Shown one piece after another: positions 25,151-36,665 of a stretch of DNA of 64,000 bases. Within the stretch, counting starts at the first letter, position 1, and each line of letters starts with the position of its first letter. A model generated the notes under the pieces. That model was not told the origin of the DNA. It made no database searches and was given only the letters and a program-made list of their open reading frames with translations. Source of the stretch: Oopsacas minuta (taxonomy: Eukaryota > Animalia > Porifera); assembly GCA_024704765.1 (NCBI GenBank), contig JAKMXF010000310.1:310001-374000 (forward strand). Direction: 5' to 3'. Both the position numbers and the translations under genes were made by a program.

Positions 25151-26216
25151 TTTATACATCTAGAGTGAATTAGTTGTAGAGTACTCAAACAATTAGCTTT
25201 GTAGTTACTCTTAGTTCTTTTAATAACATTGTTACTTCTACATATTAATCAGTCGTATCATACTTATTTACGAATTACTACTAGTTCATTCATAGCAGAT
25301 ACGCAGCGGTCCAGCTCGGAACCGGACCGGACCGACCGGTTTCTGTTCGGTTCGGTTCGCTTTTTTTCAGTAAGGTCTGTCCGAAAATGTGGGTCAGACT
25401 TAATGTAAAATGGGCAGCGCATGCAAAAGGGACGTCTAACAGCTGTTTTGAAACACCCTCAATATTCTGCAATTTAATTATATCATAAGAAACCATTAAC
25501 ATAAAAGGATTGCTAGTATTAGATATATCCACCCAAAATAGCTTAATGAGGGCTTTATTTAGTGTAAAATTGTTTCACTTGAAAATTGGATTGTAAAACA
25601 CGATACTAGAGAAATGCACCTATTTGCTGCAATTACCTAGCAAAATAGGGGCTAAAATCTAGTACTAGATTTTGACCGCTAAAATACTAGGTTTTGATAA
25701 CACTCCCCACAATAAGCGACCTTGACTGTTACAATTTCAATGCGAAATATTAAAATGGCCCAAAAAAGCTGGCATATTGTGTCAGATCAAATATCGTATA
25801 CCAATACGTAATACTTGTGTAAATGAACACTAGAAGAAATCTGGCCGTTTGAACTAAGTAAGCAGTCTCAAGCAATTCCCATCCTTTGGAAGCATATTTT
25901 TTCAACGAGATTTATAGAACTGGATTCTTATCTTTTCAATTTGTATCTTAGTAGGAATGACACACATTACTTCCTGTTAAGTAAAAGCTCAATTGAATGA
26001 TAGGTTGTTAGCAAAAACTTTCAAACAGTATTCAAGTTAATGAAAATAAATATTAGTAGCATATTCAATGAACAAATAACTAACTCAAATTTACAGATAT
26101 ATCATTCAAATAGTTTGCAATTGGAACATTTATAATTCTGTATATAAAGAGCAAGAGCGTTGTTAGATTGGAATAAGTGAACATTCATGACGTTAGATTG
26201 AGCAATAATTCAGATT

Positions 26217-26591
26217 CTAAGTATTGTTATGAATAAGTAGTTTTAATAGCGTAATGACTGCTATGATGAAGGTGTAGAGTACAAATATGACCGCACCAAT
26301 AATGTTAAATATCTTTGAGAAGAAAGCATGAGAACTGGCAGCATGAAATTCGCGTCTCTTCTCAGCTTCTGTACCCAAGATTGCAAATATTAGAGCTGGT
26401 ATACCAAGAAATGGACAGCAGATATAGTTGAGTATGGAACACAGCATACAACAGGTAGTAACTTGTCTGTGTGTGACGTCATGAACAGTTTGGGTATAGT
26501 TCGGATCTAAGCCAGTAACACGAGGTAGGAGAGGTGTCTTTCCAGAGCAGCTCGGCATTACTTTAAGAGGAATGGATTCTTCAGATGTCAT
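26217..26591 (-). CDS. CD225/dispanin (IFITM-like) protein, paralog 4
   Basis: MTSEESIPL..VHDVTHRQVTTCCMLCSILNYICCPFLGIPALIFAILGTEAEKRREFHAASSHA; start taken at MTS by paralog comparison. Confidence 0.82.
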   Translation of the reverse strand: MTSEESIPLKVMPSCSGKTPLLPRVTGLDPNYTQTVHDVTHRQVTTCCMLCSILNYICCPFLGIPALIFAILGTEAEKRREFHAASSHAFFSKIFNIIGAVIFVLYTFIIAVITLLKLLIHNNT

Positions 26592-27189
26592 TATAAGAGA
26601 GTTATCTAATATCAAATAATGCAAGTAAACCATGACGGCACATGGTTAGTAATGTGTAATGATAATTAATGAAGTCCTATTGGGTCTAGGGTCGAGGAAA
26701 GGAGATAGTTGGTATGGATATGGACACCCATGAGACGCCATGCACTTATTGCTCTCCTGTTATTGAGTAGAGAGACGCGCGCAGTGCTTCACCGCGGTGT
26801 TTTCATTACAGTGTACTAGTCGCATACTGCACTGAAAGCAGGGCAGAATACAGTGGAAATCCTTTAGGTTATCGATTTACAATACATGGCAGTAATGCGT
26901 GATAACCAGGTTCCCAATCTGTACAATATATAAACGAATATAATAAAAGTGTAATAAATAAATAAAATTACGTAATACAAAAGTGTGAAGCTAATCACAC
27001 TCATAGGTATGTATTACACTGTACACAAAATTAAATACATTTAATAATAACAGAGATTAAATTCAAACATTCTTAATGCAGTAGCTTTTGAATAATCACA
27101 TAACAAGTTAAAATAATTCAACAAGAGCCTAAAACGTAATAACAGACATAGCTACAAAAGTATGTATATATTTACTATCAGAGTTATAT

Positions 27190-28428
27190 TTAATTGTTCT
27201 TAACCCAGCCATAAGAAGGAGGGGGTTGTTCTGGAGGTGGAGGTTGGTAGTTAGGTGCGACTGGTGGAGGCCTGTATGAGGTAGAAGGAGCAGTCGGTTG
27301 AACAGTTTGCTCAGGAGTTAGTAAGGGAGCTGAATCTGGATTAGTCCTTTTCTTATAGCACAGATATACTACAGTAGTTATCACTCCAACGACACTTATT
27401 GTAGTTGCAAGTATGCCTACAATTATTACAATATACACCCATAAAGGTACAGAGAACACGCTGGTACACGACCAAGTGTAATCAATGTCGTCTGTCCAAG
27501 CACCACTAGTAACATCTCCTGTTGTTACCACAGGGTAGAGCAGGGGATAGGATGGTACGGAGAGAGAACAAGATGCGGTACAATTCGAGTAGATAGCCGT
27601 ACCTTCTATCTGATATATCTTCTTTTGGATGTTTAACGTAGGAGTGACGTATAAAGAAGAATAGGTAGCATCAAATAGTATGTAGTACTCATCAGCAGTG
27701 GAGACGGTATATGAATACTCACAAGGGGATGAAGACTGCGTAGATGAGCATGTTCCATGAATCATATAATTAAAGTAATTATCATTATCAAAATTATTGA
27801 ACTGACTCTTAGAGAGAATGTATACTTCTACAATACTGGAGCTAACATATAAACTGAGGGAAATGCTAGATCCAGGGAGTAGATAGTAGTTATAGAATCT
27901 GTAGTCATTACTAAACACGAACCAATTATCCGATACTTCGAAATTAGCACCATTAATAACTGGTGGACGACTGGTGAGAAGGTAGAGCTGAACAGGATAA
28001 TCACTCTGATAGGTAGACAGATCAATACTACCGCATGAACTCTGACTATATGACAGGATACGATCATCCTGAGGAGAAGCAAGTATTGGGTGAAGAGTGG
28101 GACCAGAGAATGCTTTAGATACACCTATAGTCATTAAGACAAATCCTATAATAACTACAGTCATGAGTAACACTATTCCTCTGTAGAACCAGCGGAACGG
28201 ACTGTAGTAGAATACACCCATGTGACGTCTGTGGTAGTAACGATTATACCTTCCGTGGTGATGATGGTGATAATACCCCCCGTGATGGTATCCTCCTCCG
28301 TGATGGTGTCCTCCTCCATGAAATCCTCCTCCGTGATGGTGTCCTCCTCCGTGATGGCCTCCCCCGCCGTGATGACCTCCCCCGCCGTGATTGCCTCCCC
28401 CACCATGATGACCTCCACCAACTGGCAT
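27190..28428 (-). CDS. 2-TM membrane protein with Gly/His-rich N-terminus, APD1-4-like (DUF4792/4793-like) central domain and PPxY tail
   Basis: 412-aa intronless ORF; GGH repeats; TM1 (IVLLMTVVIIGFVLMTIGV); YRFYNYYLLPGSSISLS, DEYYILF and NCTASCS pattern; TM2; tail DSAPLL...QPPPSY. Family call is by motif recognition. Confidence 0.75.
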   Translation of the reverse strand: MPVGGGHHGGGGNHGGGGHHGGGGHHGGGHHHGGGFHGGGHHHGGGYHHGGYYHHHHHGRYNRYYHRRHMGVFYYSPFRWFYRGIVLLMTVVIIGFVLMTIGVSKAFSGPTLHPILASPQDDRILSYSQSSCGSIDLSTYQSDYPVQLYLLTSRPPVINGANFEVSDNWFVFSNDYRFYNYYLLPGSSISLSLYVSSSIVEVYILSKSQFNNFDNDNYFNYMIHGTCSSTQSSSPCEYSYTVSTADEYYILFDATYSSLYVTPTLNIQKKIYQIEGTAIYSNCTASCSLSVPSYPLLYPVVTTGDVTSGAWTDDIDYTWSCTSVFSVPLWVYIVIIVGILATTISVVGVITTVVYLCYKKRTNPDSAPLLTPEQTVQPTAPSTSYRPPPVAPNYQPPPPEQPPPSYGWVKNN

Positions 28429-30399
28429 GCTATTATATATATATGACTAATATATAAGTATACGAAAAAAATATGGTCAACAATTTTCTATTTACAGTGC
28501 CGTGATCTGAAGCGAATCAAGTTAAGATTCAGAATCAGCTTGCAGGATATACAAATTGCTCTAAAACATTTGAATATACCTCAGATTAAAACTTTGTTGA
28601 CCTGCGTAATATGCGACATAATCTGTGAAACGTATATTTAACAGATTAGATATAATTTGCTCATGTCTAGGAATGCAAAGTTGCATACTCAGCCCAGGCG
28701 AGATATTTATTAATGGCCCTTAATAGCTTAGTATAAAACTATTCGTATTAAATTAGAAACATTGAGAAAACGAATAGAAAACAAAATTCGCGAATTTCGT
28801 TTTCAAATCAATTAGCGACCAAATGACAATAAGAAATGGCAATCAATATAAACAAACAAGATATGGACACTAATACGAGTTTTACTGGAAGAGTTTATGA
28901 ACCAATATACGTACCTTCTGAAATAGTGGCGAGGGGAAAAAATTAAGCTAACAAATTTTTAAGGGAAACACAAGTTGAATCATTGCAATATACAGTACAA
29001 ACACGGTTAATACGAATTCCGGAAAACACGAATTATTTACACAAAATCAGGTCCTTATCCTACAATGGTTTTTCAATTGCTATTGCTCGGGTTAATACTT
29101 AATACTTATTCTGGAAGTATAAATATGATTATCAGTGGTTAATAATTGTTGTAACTTATCGGTTGATGTGTCCGATATCCCGGGGAGTAATTAGTAAACT
29201 CTACATACATGTATTTTGTATAAATATTATATTTCTAATGTATTTATTACTACAAGCTATACCTATTCATGTATTGTAGCTGTAAGTATTGAATTATTTT
29301 GAAGTATGATAAATTAGAAGAATGGATCCTATTACTATTGTAGGTATTTTTAGAAATAATCATAGGTTGAAACAGAGCAGAATTTAAAGCTTTAATAAAT
29401 ACGTTATTTGATAAAGTTTATTTAACAAACAGCTTATATAGCACAGCTTATTTAATATACAATCACGAGGCATATGGGTTCCTACTTATATGTAACATTT
29501 CAGAATGGACAACTCTCACAATCAGGCCGATTGAGCTATAGTGTATAACTGTATAATGAGTGTGTATGAAAGGTTCTTACCGCCTAGAAATGCACTACCT
29601 ATAATTCAAATGACGGCGGGTTTGGCAATAATTCAGGGCGTAGCAAGCAGTTTACTATTGATCAGGTTGACATATACAAAATATACAGAGCCACCAAAAT
29701 TTGGCCCTGTTGAAACCTGAAAAGCCTGATTATATAAAAATTCACAAAGCTGATTGTTCGGCTTCTCGCGTTCACTTAAACAATCTTTCACTTATGGAAT
29801 GCGTAATCTATTAATTATTAATTTGGTACAAGGCAACGCGAAGAATGAGTACTTAGCCCGGCAGAAGAACAGTGATATTCATAGGCTAGTACAACATATG
29901 CGGAATTAGGGCCATTATGAGTGGAAACATGCCACCCAGAATAACTCTACCATAATACAAAAAGTATGGGGCAGGTGGGTATGACGTTATCTCTGCCCAC
30001 CCAGACTCATGAGCTTAGTTCCGTCAATGTCAGCTTAGCTAATACGTATTACCTAATTAGGACTAAGTAATATTAGCTAATATTATTAATAATACATTGT
30101 AGGAAATATAATATTACATCATTTACATTGTATTACTTATATAATAAGGAATATTTAATTATTATTTAATACAAAAGAATATTAGATAAACAAGGCAACA
30201 AGAAAACTAAACAAACTTTAAACACAATAAATCATTCAAATATTATCAAGTCGAAACTATAGACGGGTAAACATAAGAAAAATAATGACCTCACCACAAA
30301 AATGCAACAACATATAATGAGTATTATAAGGAATGTTATATTGCTACACTAGAGAAAGTATATACATATATGTGCATATCTCTAATGACAACTATTACA

Positions 30400-32200
30400 C
30401 TGTGACAAAGTACCAAATTTTCATTTGTATTTATCTGTATTCCTTTTCTTCGTCCTAACATCGTTAAAGCCCCGTTTCCTTTTATTAGAAGGGCGCCCTT
30501 TGGATCGAACACATCTAGGATTGAGGATTGTTGCGATACTTGGAATAATTGCTCCACTTTCCTGTGGTATAGGTCTCAGCAATTGGTCCATTTCGGCTAA
30601 TTTACCTCTCATAAGCGAAAAAGTTGAATGGTCAAGTGAAGCAAGATAAGCAATGTTTTAAAATTCTGTTGTTAGTATGTTATACCTTTCGTCTTTCGTT
30701 AGGATAGGATTATTTTGATCGTTTTCTTGTAATTCTATTACATTGTGACTACCAATACAGCTGTTGATATTAGGACTGTGATCTGCTTGATTCTCTATCT
30801 ATTATGAGACGATATATTAATAGTTGAAAGAACACAAGGACACAACGTTAATAATTTGGCGAGTCATTACGTAATTCTGATATAACCGAATGCGGTTGCA
30901 AAAATATCTGTGCTGTATCGAATGGCTGCTTACCTTCCAGAAATCGACTATAGCTTTGTCGTGGAAATTCGTTATTTTCTCGTGATGATAAACAATAAGC
31001 ATGTGACGATATGGTAAACCCCATGATGGTGGGAATAAGCATGTGCAAGATGTCAACGTTGTCTTACGGCTGGACTTAGTAAAAACCTTCGATAACCCGA
31101 GGTCCATAGATGTTAATTTCTCCTTGTTGGTACCTCCCGAAAATCCTTCTCTTTCAACTAGAATAAAGACAAAATACGAATTTGAATTAGCATAAATTAT
31201 TATACGTACACTCGGACCTCTTATCTGGACTCCGATATCCGGGTACCTCCCTCAACCGGGCACCATTTTTCCAAAAGGATTGAAATTGATTCGACCATTT
31301 CAATTTTTAGTAAATATTCCTTATAGTAGAGCTGTTTTACTCGTACTTCATATCTAACACGTTTCTTTGTAACTAAAAACCGTCATAACAGCTATATCCG
31401 TCCATATCGATATTTATCCTATTGATTATAATTGGATCCTGAGTTGGAATCGGGATCGGGTTTCTCGGGTCCGGTTCTGAAAAGTGGACCCGATTCCAAC
31501 TGATTGGCTCTCCCATAGAGTTAATGTTATTTCTCAGATTCGGGCAAATTCTGACTTCCGGACACCCTACGGTCCGGCACTACCCGGATAAGAGAGGTTC
31601 GAGTGTACTATATTATTACAACTTCTTCCTTACCTGAGTCTCTGACAATAGAGTTAACTTCATAAATCTTTCCTTCGCTAACGTTAAATATGGCATCAAC
31701 ACTATATTGCATGCACTGATTAATTTGTGCCTTTACTATCGCCAGTGCAAATGGTGTTAACTTAAGGTTTCGTTCTATCGGATGTCTAGATGAGTATGTA
31801 GCCATTGTAAGCGCTAATCGGGTTGCACGTCCTTCATTTTGTTCTGAAAGGGTCTTCCTATTTTCATCAATTTTATTCGCGAGATGTGTAAGAAGAGTAT
31901 GTACATTTAAAAACTGTTTGATCGTTGAGTGAATGGATTCTAAACGTTGTGTGGAATGAGCACCCAACGTGAGGTGTTGCCAGGTTCATCGTGATGCCCA
32001 TTGAATTCTCTTGTCATATAATACACGTAAAAAAAGTTGAGCAGAATGGAATCATTTCAGTTGGATGTTCGATTTCATTGTATCCACTTAGAGAACATGA
32101 ATTCAAATCGAGGAAATAATTTTGTAAAGCGATACTTGCAAAATATTCATCTGATTGATCGCTTGGTTCAGCCATGATAAATAGCTACGTTGTTTAATCC
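30400..32200 (-). pseudogene. Mutator/MULE (FAR1-like) transposase remnant with degenerate SWIM finger
   Basis: QWASR*TWQHLTLGAHSTQRLESIHSTIKQFL; SCTCLFPPSWGLPYRHML (SWIM with a Cys replaced by Tyr); NPRCVRSKGRP; stops and frameshifts; boundaries approximate. Confidence 0.75.
31209..31605. mobile_element. TA-TSD MITE inserted in the MULE remnant
   Basis: TA|cactcggacctcttatctggact ... cccggataagagaggttcgagtg|TA; internal 14-bp hairpin at ~31443-31500. Confidence 0.7.
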
Positions 32201-33130
32201 GCACAAATATAATACATATTATCCGTAGATGGTAGGACTGAATTACTGTGTCTCAATCAGAAATTGACCTTTTTGAACCCGAAATTCAACCAAAATTGCC
32301 AAATTTCAGCCCTTTTTGGACTAAAAATCTCCAAAAAGGCTTAGTCCGTATACAGTTTTAATTAATTAAGTATAATACGTAAAACTTGTAAATTTGGGGC
32401 ATAATAGACATACAAAATCGCTAAACTAAGATAAAATGTGGCTCATTCAAAGTTGTCGGAACAAAATCTATCATATAAATTCAAATAAGTGCAACAATAT
32501 TTTCATACCTTTGTATGCTAGAAATATACGTTTTCCCCTTCAGGATTACCACGATTTTGATTAATACGAATTATTATGCATATATGGAGAAATTCGAGGC
32601 AATTTTACGAAGTTAGAAAAATTCCTTATATGTCGGCTAGCCGACAATGTAGACCGCCGACATATAAGTAATCCCTTGTTAGAAATATATTTGTAATGGT
32701 ATAAGATATTTATAAGATGTAGATAAAGGTATATGATTTCTGTTGAGTTGATGAGAAAATTTTCAATTTGATTCATCTAGTACCCGAAATTTTCAACTTC
32801 CCGTCGTCTGATTTTCGAAAGCTGTTTTCTAGAGTTGAGTATAATCCTCTAGTTCACTTAACACAATTTGTTGCAATTTTTGTTAAACCGTATATTGACC
32901 TGTATACGTTTTCAAAAAGAATATAAAACGCGGATAATATCCGTAAAATAATTCTGATCTATAACTATACACTATATACTACACTAATACATACGAGAGA
33001 GGTCAAAATAAACTCAACTCTTTCAGGAATGGAACAGTGCTTTAAAGATATAAAAGAATTCAAATAAAAGGCAACACATAAAATAAGCACAATTAACAAT
33101 GCAATTAAAATAACACTGATTACTTTCTGA

Positions 33131-34231
33131 TTACTTGTCAGCATCAGACTGAACAGTTCGTGCGTCAGGAAGCTCAGTGTAAGGGGGAGGAGCACGTAGA
33201 GAGTTCTCTGAGGCTACGGTGTACTGTGGAGGAGGGATAGAGTCAACAAAATCAGGACCGAGATCATTTGAAGGAATTAGGAGATCAGTCTCATCAGATT
33301 CTGTCCGTACTCTGATACACAGAACAACACACAATGCTACGATAAATCCTACACTCAGCATTACTAAGAACATGCCAAGCAGCATAATAAAACTAATCCA
33401 AATACCTACTGCACGGATATCACTACAGAGCCAATTGTAATCTATACGATCCTCCCAGGTAACATTCCCAGTAACGTTACTGGTTGTTAGCATGATGTAG
33501 TCACCGATATGATATATTTCCTCGTAACAAGGAGCAGTGCAGTGCTCGCGAATATTCTGCTGATCTGCCTTGTACACGAGTTTCTGAACAAGTGCAGTTG
33601 AATTACCAGAAACAAATATTGATTCATTAGATTGATAGCAGAAAGATATGTAGTACTGTCCATCTGTAGGTATTGTAATGGTAGAGATTATACAAGTTTC
33701 TTGATACTCAAAATTGCACAGATAGGTAAGTAGCGTATTATCATGACACACATTATCAACTTTATCAACAAATAACTTTACCCACATCCAAACCTTACCA
33801 TATAAAGGATTAAGATGTATAGTTAAATCGATAGTAGATCCCTCAAGCAAGTAGTAGCTGTAGGTAAAATGATCAGGTACAGTATTGGTGAATTCTGCAA
33901 AGGTAGAATAATCTGAGAAAGTAGCTCCTTGCTGTTTTATTGGCATATTGTATAGAATATAGAGATTCACGTCTAATAACTCTGTACCGTTCCTGATTTC
34001 AAAATCTCCACACTCTGTCTGATCTACATCAATAATACGAGTATCCATAGCCTGTGCGGATATAGGGTGTTCAATGGGAGGAGCGAAGTAGCTTACCATC
34101 CCCACAATGAAAGCAGTCAATCCCAGAGCTAAAAGGAGTGTGAAGCATGCAATAGAACGTTGTATGCAAACGTAGCGAGATGGACGTCTTCGTCTGCAGG
34201 GTCTGTCTAAGTTATTACACCTTGAAGGCAT
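33131..34231 (-). CDS. Second 2-TM APD1-4-like membrane protein with two PPxY motifs
   Basis: 366-aa intronless ORF; TM1; FTYSYYLLEGSTIDL, DGQYYISF, HCTAPC; TM2; tail DETDLL..PPPQY..PPPY; same architecture as 27190-28428. Confidence 0.78.
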   Translation of the reverse strand: MPSRCNNLDRPCRRRRPSRYVCIQRSIACFTLLLALGLTAFIVGMVSYFAPPIEHPISAQAMDTRIIDVDQTECGDFEIRNGTELLDVNLYILYNMPIKQQGATFSDYSTFAEFTNTVPDHFTYSYYLLEGSTIDLTIHLNPLYGKVWMWVKLFVDKVDNVCHDNTLLTYLCNFEYQETCIISTITIPTDGQYYISFCYQSNESIFVSGNSTALVQKLVYKADQQNIREHCTAPCYEEIYHIGDYIMLTTSNVTGNVTWEDRIDYNWLCSDIRAVGIWISFIMLLGMFLVMLSVGFIVALCVVLCIRVRTESDETDLLIPSNDLGPDFVDSIPPPQYTVASENSLRAPPPYTELPDARTVQSDADK

Positions 34232-34405
34232 CGGTAGAGTCTACAAATAGGGGAAACATGTACATCAAATTTGAGAAAAGGTTTCTTTCGCATCTATTAC
34301 AAAAACCTTAGATTACGAATGAAATCAAAATAAGATATGTATTATGAAGAAATAAACATCTTATTGACTAGTGACACAAACTAAGTTATAAATCTATTAG
34401 AAATA

Positions 34406-35176
34406 TCAATAGTTCTTCCCTCCGATAGCTGCTTTGCCTCTGAGTCCCTTACCCGACTGAATGGTGGTGTGTGTGGCAATATGACCTACTGGTGCTTCTT
34501 CCATCTCTGCTACCTTCAGGGTAGAGCGTATAGATTCTATTTCATTTTCTAGGGCCTTTTTCTGCTCATTATGTTTCTCTTTGCATTGATTAGCAGCTGT
34601 TGCCTGTTTGTCTAGTGAACTTAGAATAGTTTGACAGTTGTCACACCATTTGTCAAGCTTGTCAATTAGAGGATCGAGTGCATTCGTAACATCCATATCA
34701 ATATCCCGCCCCATACTGAATATAACCTCAAATACCTGTTTCTCCTGATCCAGCTTACCCCGTATAATACCAGCATAAATAGCCTCTATAACCGTATCCT
34801 CTAGAGCTCTCATGTTACCAATCTCAAGCAGCTCCATCACAGAGCTATACTCCAGTCTCTTAGACTCAGAAGCTAGAGATACTAGCGTCAAGAGCTTCAG
34901 CTTACTTAACATACGTTCTGTTAGCTCAGGGAATAGAGCTGGTGCAGCTCTATAGTCAGGTAAAGTACCAAATGAGAATAATCTTAATAATTTTACGTAC
35001 TTCTCGTGAGGTGTGGCGTTGAGTGCCTGAATGTTTGGCATCTGTAGTAGCTCTACGAATATGAATACATTAGGAGCTTCTACACACTGCTTGATAACCT
35101 CTACAGCTGTCTCACCCTGTGCAGTCTGGCATAGCAGTAGGAAAGGTTGTAGAGGAGTGTTACCGAGCTCACTCAT
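34406..35176 (-). CDS. COPS7: COP9 signalosome subunit 7 (PCI domain), intronless
   Basis: VEAPNVFIFVELL, LLRLFSFGT, KLKLLTLVSLA, RALEDTVIEAIYAGIIRGKLDQ, MGRDI. Confidence 0.93.
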   Translation of the reverse strand: MSELGNTPLQPFLLLCQTAQGETAVEVIKQCVEAPNVFIFVELLQMPNIQALNATPHEKYVKLLRLFSFGTLPDYRAAPALFPELTERMLSKLKLLTLVSLASESKRLEYSSVMELLEIGNMRALEDTVIEAIYAGIIRGKLDQEKQVFEVIFSMGRDIDMDVTNALDPLIDKLDKWCDNCQTILSSLDKQATAANQCKEKHNEQKKALENEIESIRSTLKVAEMEEAPVGHIATHTTIQSGKGLRGKAAIGGKNY

Positions 35177-35612
35177 GCTATTAATTACAGGAATAATAAT
35201 TAAACTGAGTACACCTTAGGAGAGGGTCGGGTTTGTCAGGTATAAACCAGACCAACATTTGTGGTTGCATTTATTGTATAGATTAACCTAGTCAATCGAA
35301 AAGATGGCAGATATTACTGTTTCGATCCTTGAATTAAGATAGTAATACCTCAGTCACATGAATTAGGAGTGTAAAGCATACTCGACTGTATTCTAATGTT
35401 GATAAAAATTTGTATCATATTACGAGGTGAAATGTTACAACTACGTGCGTTAATATATCGAGAAAGGTAGCGTAGCGCTTTGAAAGTAGTATTGTAAAAT
35501 GTCTTCAGCAGGAAGTCTGAATTCAGGATGTATGTAACATAAGTGTTATTATGCAACACTCCTAATACATTTAACTTAAATAATTCAAGAAACACTATTA
35601 AAGTAATTTTAA

Positions 35613-36665
35613 TCACAATAAGAAATTAGACTTCTCATTAGTGCTCTTCTTTCCAGGCCAAATTTCTTTGGCATATATCTTCTTATGAGAGCTTAATCTG
35701 GGGTAAAGCTTGGTAGGAGAGCCTAACGGATATAAATCTATGGGACTGGTAGGATCCACGTTTTTACCAGAGGATTCAGATATTTGTATAGTATTCTCAG
35801 AGAGATTGGGGTCATTAACTACTGGAGCTGAAGAGAAGAAATTTGAGGCGAAATTCACATTCTCCGCAGCATTGATCGGATCATCGATAGAAGAATATAA
35901 TTGTGGAATAAGGTTGTCATGCTCAAATAAGAAGGGCTGAACAGCTGATATACTATCTAAGGGGTTGGGAAGAGATGATGGCTCAAGACAAAGCTTCTTT
36001 GGAGTTGGAACAAAGGCAGATTGAACCATATTACGAAATCTTCCAATAGAAGGATCAACATCTTCAGGGTTAATTATTTCTTCAGGATTAGGAGAGAATG
36101 TTATATGCTTGCTTCCAATTTTCCTAGGATTAGGGGTTTGTATAGCACTATTATCATTAGTAACAGTAATACTTCTGTTAAGAGCAGTGTTATATTGTGT
36201 TAGGTCAGCTAATGCTACTTGATTCTCTTGAAGTGTAGACATGTCATCAGCAACTAGAGCATTAGACAAGTTAGAACTCTCAGGTTTGCGTTCACGCAGA
36301 GTATAACATCTAGTAGATTGTCCGAAATAAATAGTAGAGTCTACTGGTAGTACTTGCGGTTTGTGAGGCTCTAGACGTAGGGATCCTATAAATGTTCCGT
36401 GAGTGGAACCTAAATCCATAAGGAAAATTCTTTGGAGATGTTTATGGTATATGACAGCTGAATGAAATCTTGAAACTGAGGCATGGTCAAGAATGAAATC
36501 ACATTTTTTTGAGTGTCGACCAATTAAATAATAAGGTTTATCGTCGAGAAGTAATTTGCTAATGCTAGCAGTATTCTTGATTACGTCAAAATATAAACCA
36601 CAAGAGGGAGGGGGTTTGCAAGCCCACTTCGGACAATCAAAAACGAATGGTTCTATCGAATTCAT
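35613..36665 (-). CDS. PPP1R8: Nuclear inhibitor of PP1 (NIPP1), FHA domain
   Basis: FDCPKWACKPP, YHKHLQRIFLMDLGSTHGTF, RVxF-like KHITF, EIINPEDVDPSIGRFRNMVQ, C-terminal YAKEIWPGKK; start at MNSIEPF by homology. Confidence 0.95.
   Translation of the reverse strand: MNSIEPFVFDCPKWACKPPPSCGLYFDVIKNTASISKLLLDDKPYYLIGRHSKKCDFILDHASVSRFHSAVIYHKHLQRIFLMDLGSTHGTFIGSLRLEPHKPQVLPVDSTIYFGQSTRCYTLRERKPESSNLSNALVADDMSTLQENQVALADLTQYNTALNRSITVTNDNSAIQTPNPRKIGSKHITFSPNPEEIINPEDVDPSIGRFRNMVQSAFVPTPKKLCLEPSSLPNPLDSISAVQPFLFEHDNLIPQLYSSIDDPINAAENVNFASNFFSSAPVVNDPNLSENTIQISESSGKNVDPTSPIDLYPLGSPTKLYPRLSSHKKIYAKEIWPGKKSTNEKSNFLL

Noticed and set aside
25290-25532. 80-aa ORF ending in a GC-rich ccgga/ttcgg cluster
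   Set aside because: Looks like transposon subterminal repeats; no partner end or TSD found and no protein motif.
28173-28446. ORFs 28173-28421 (-) and 28222-28446 (+) with repetitive peptides
   Set aside because: Alternative-frame and antisense shadows of the Gly/His repeat.
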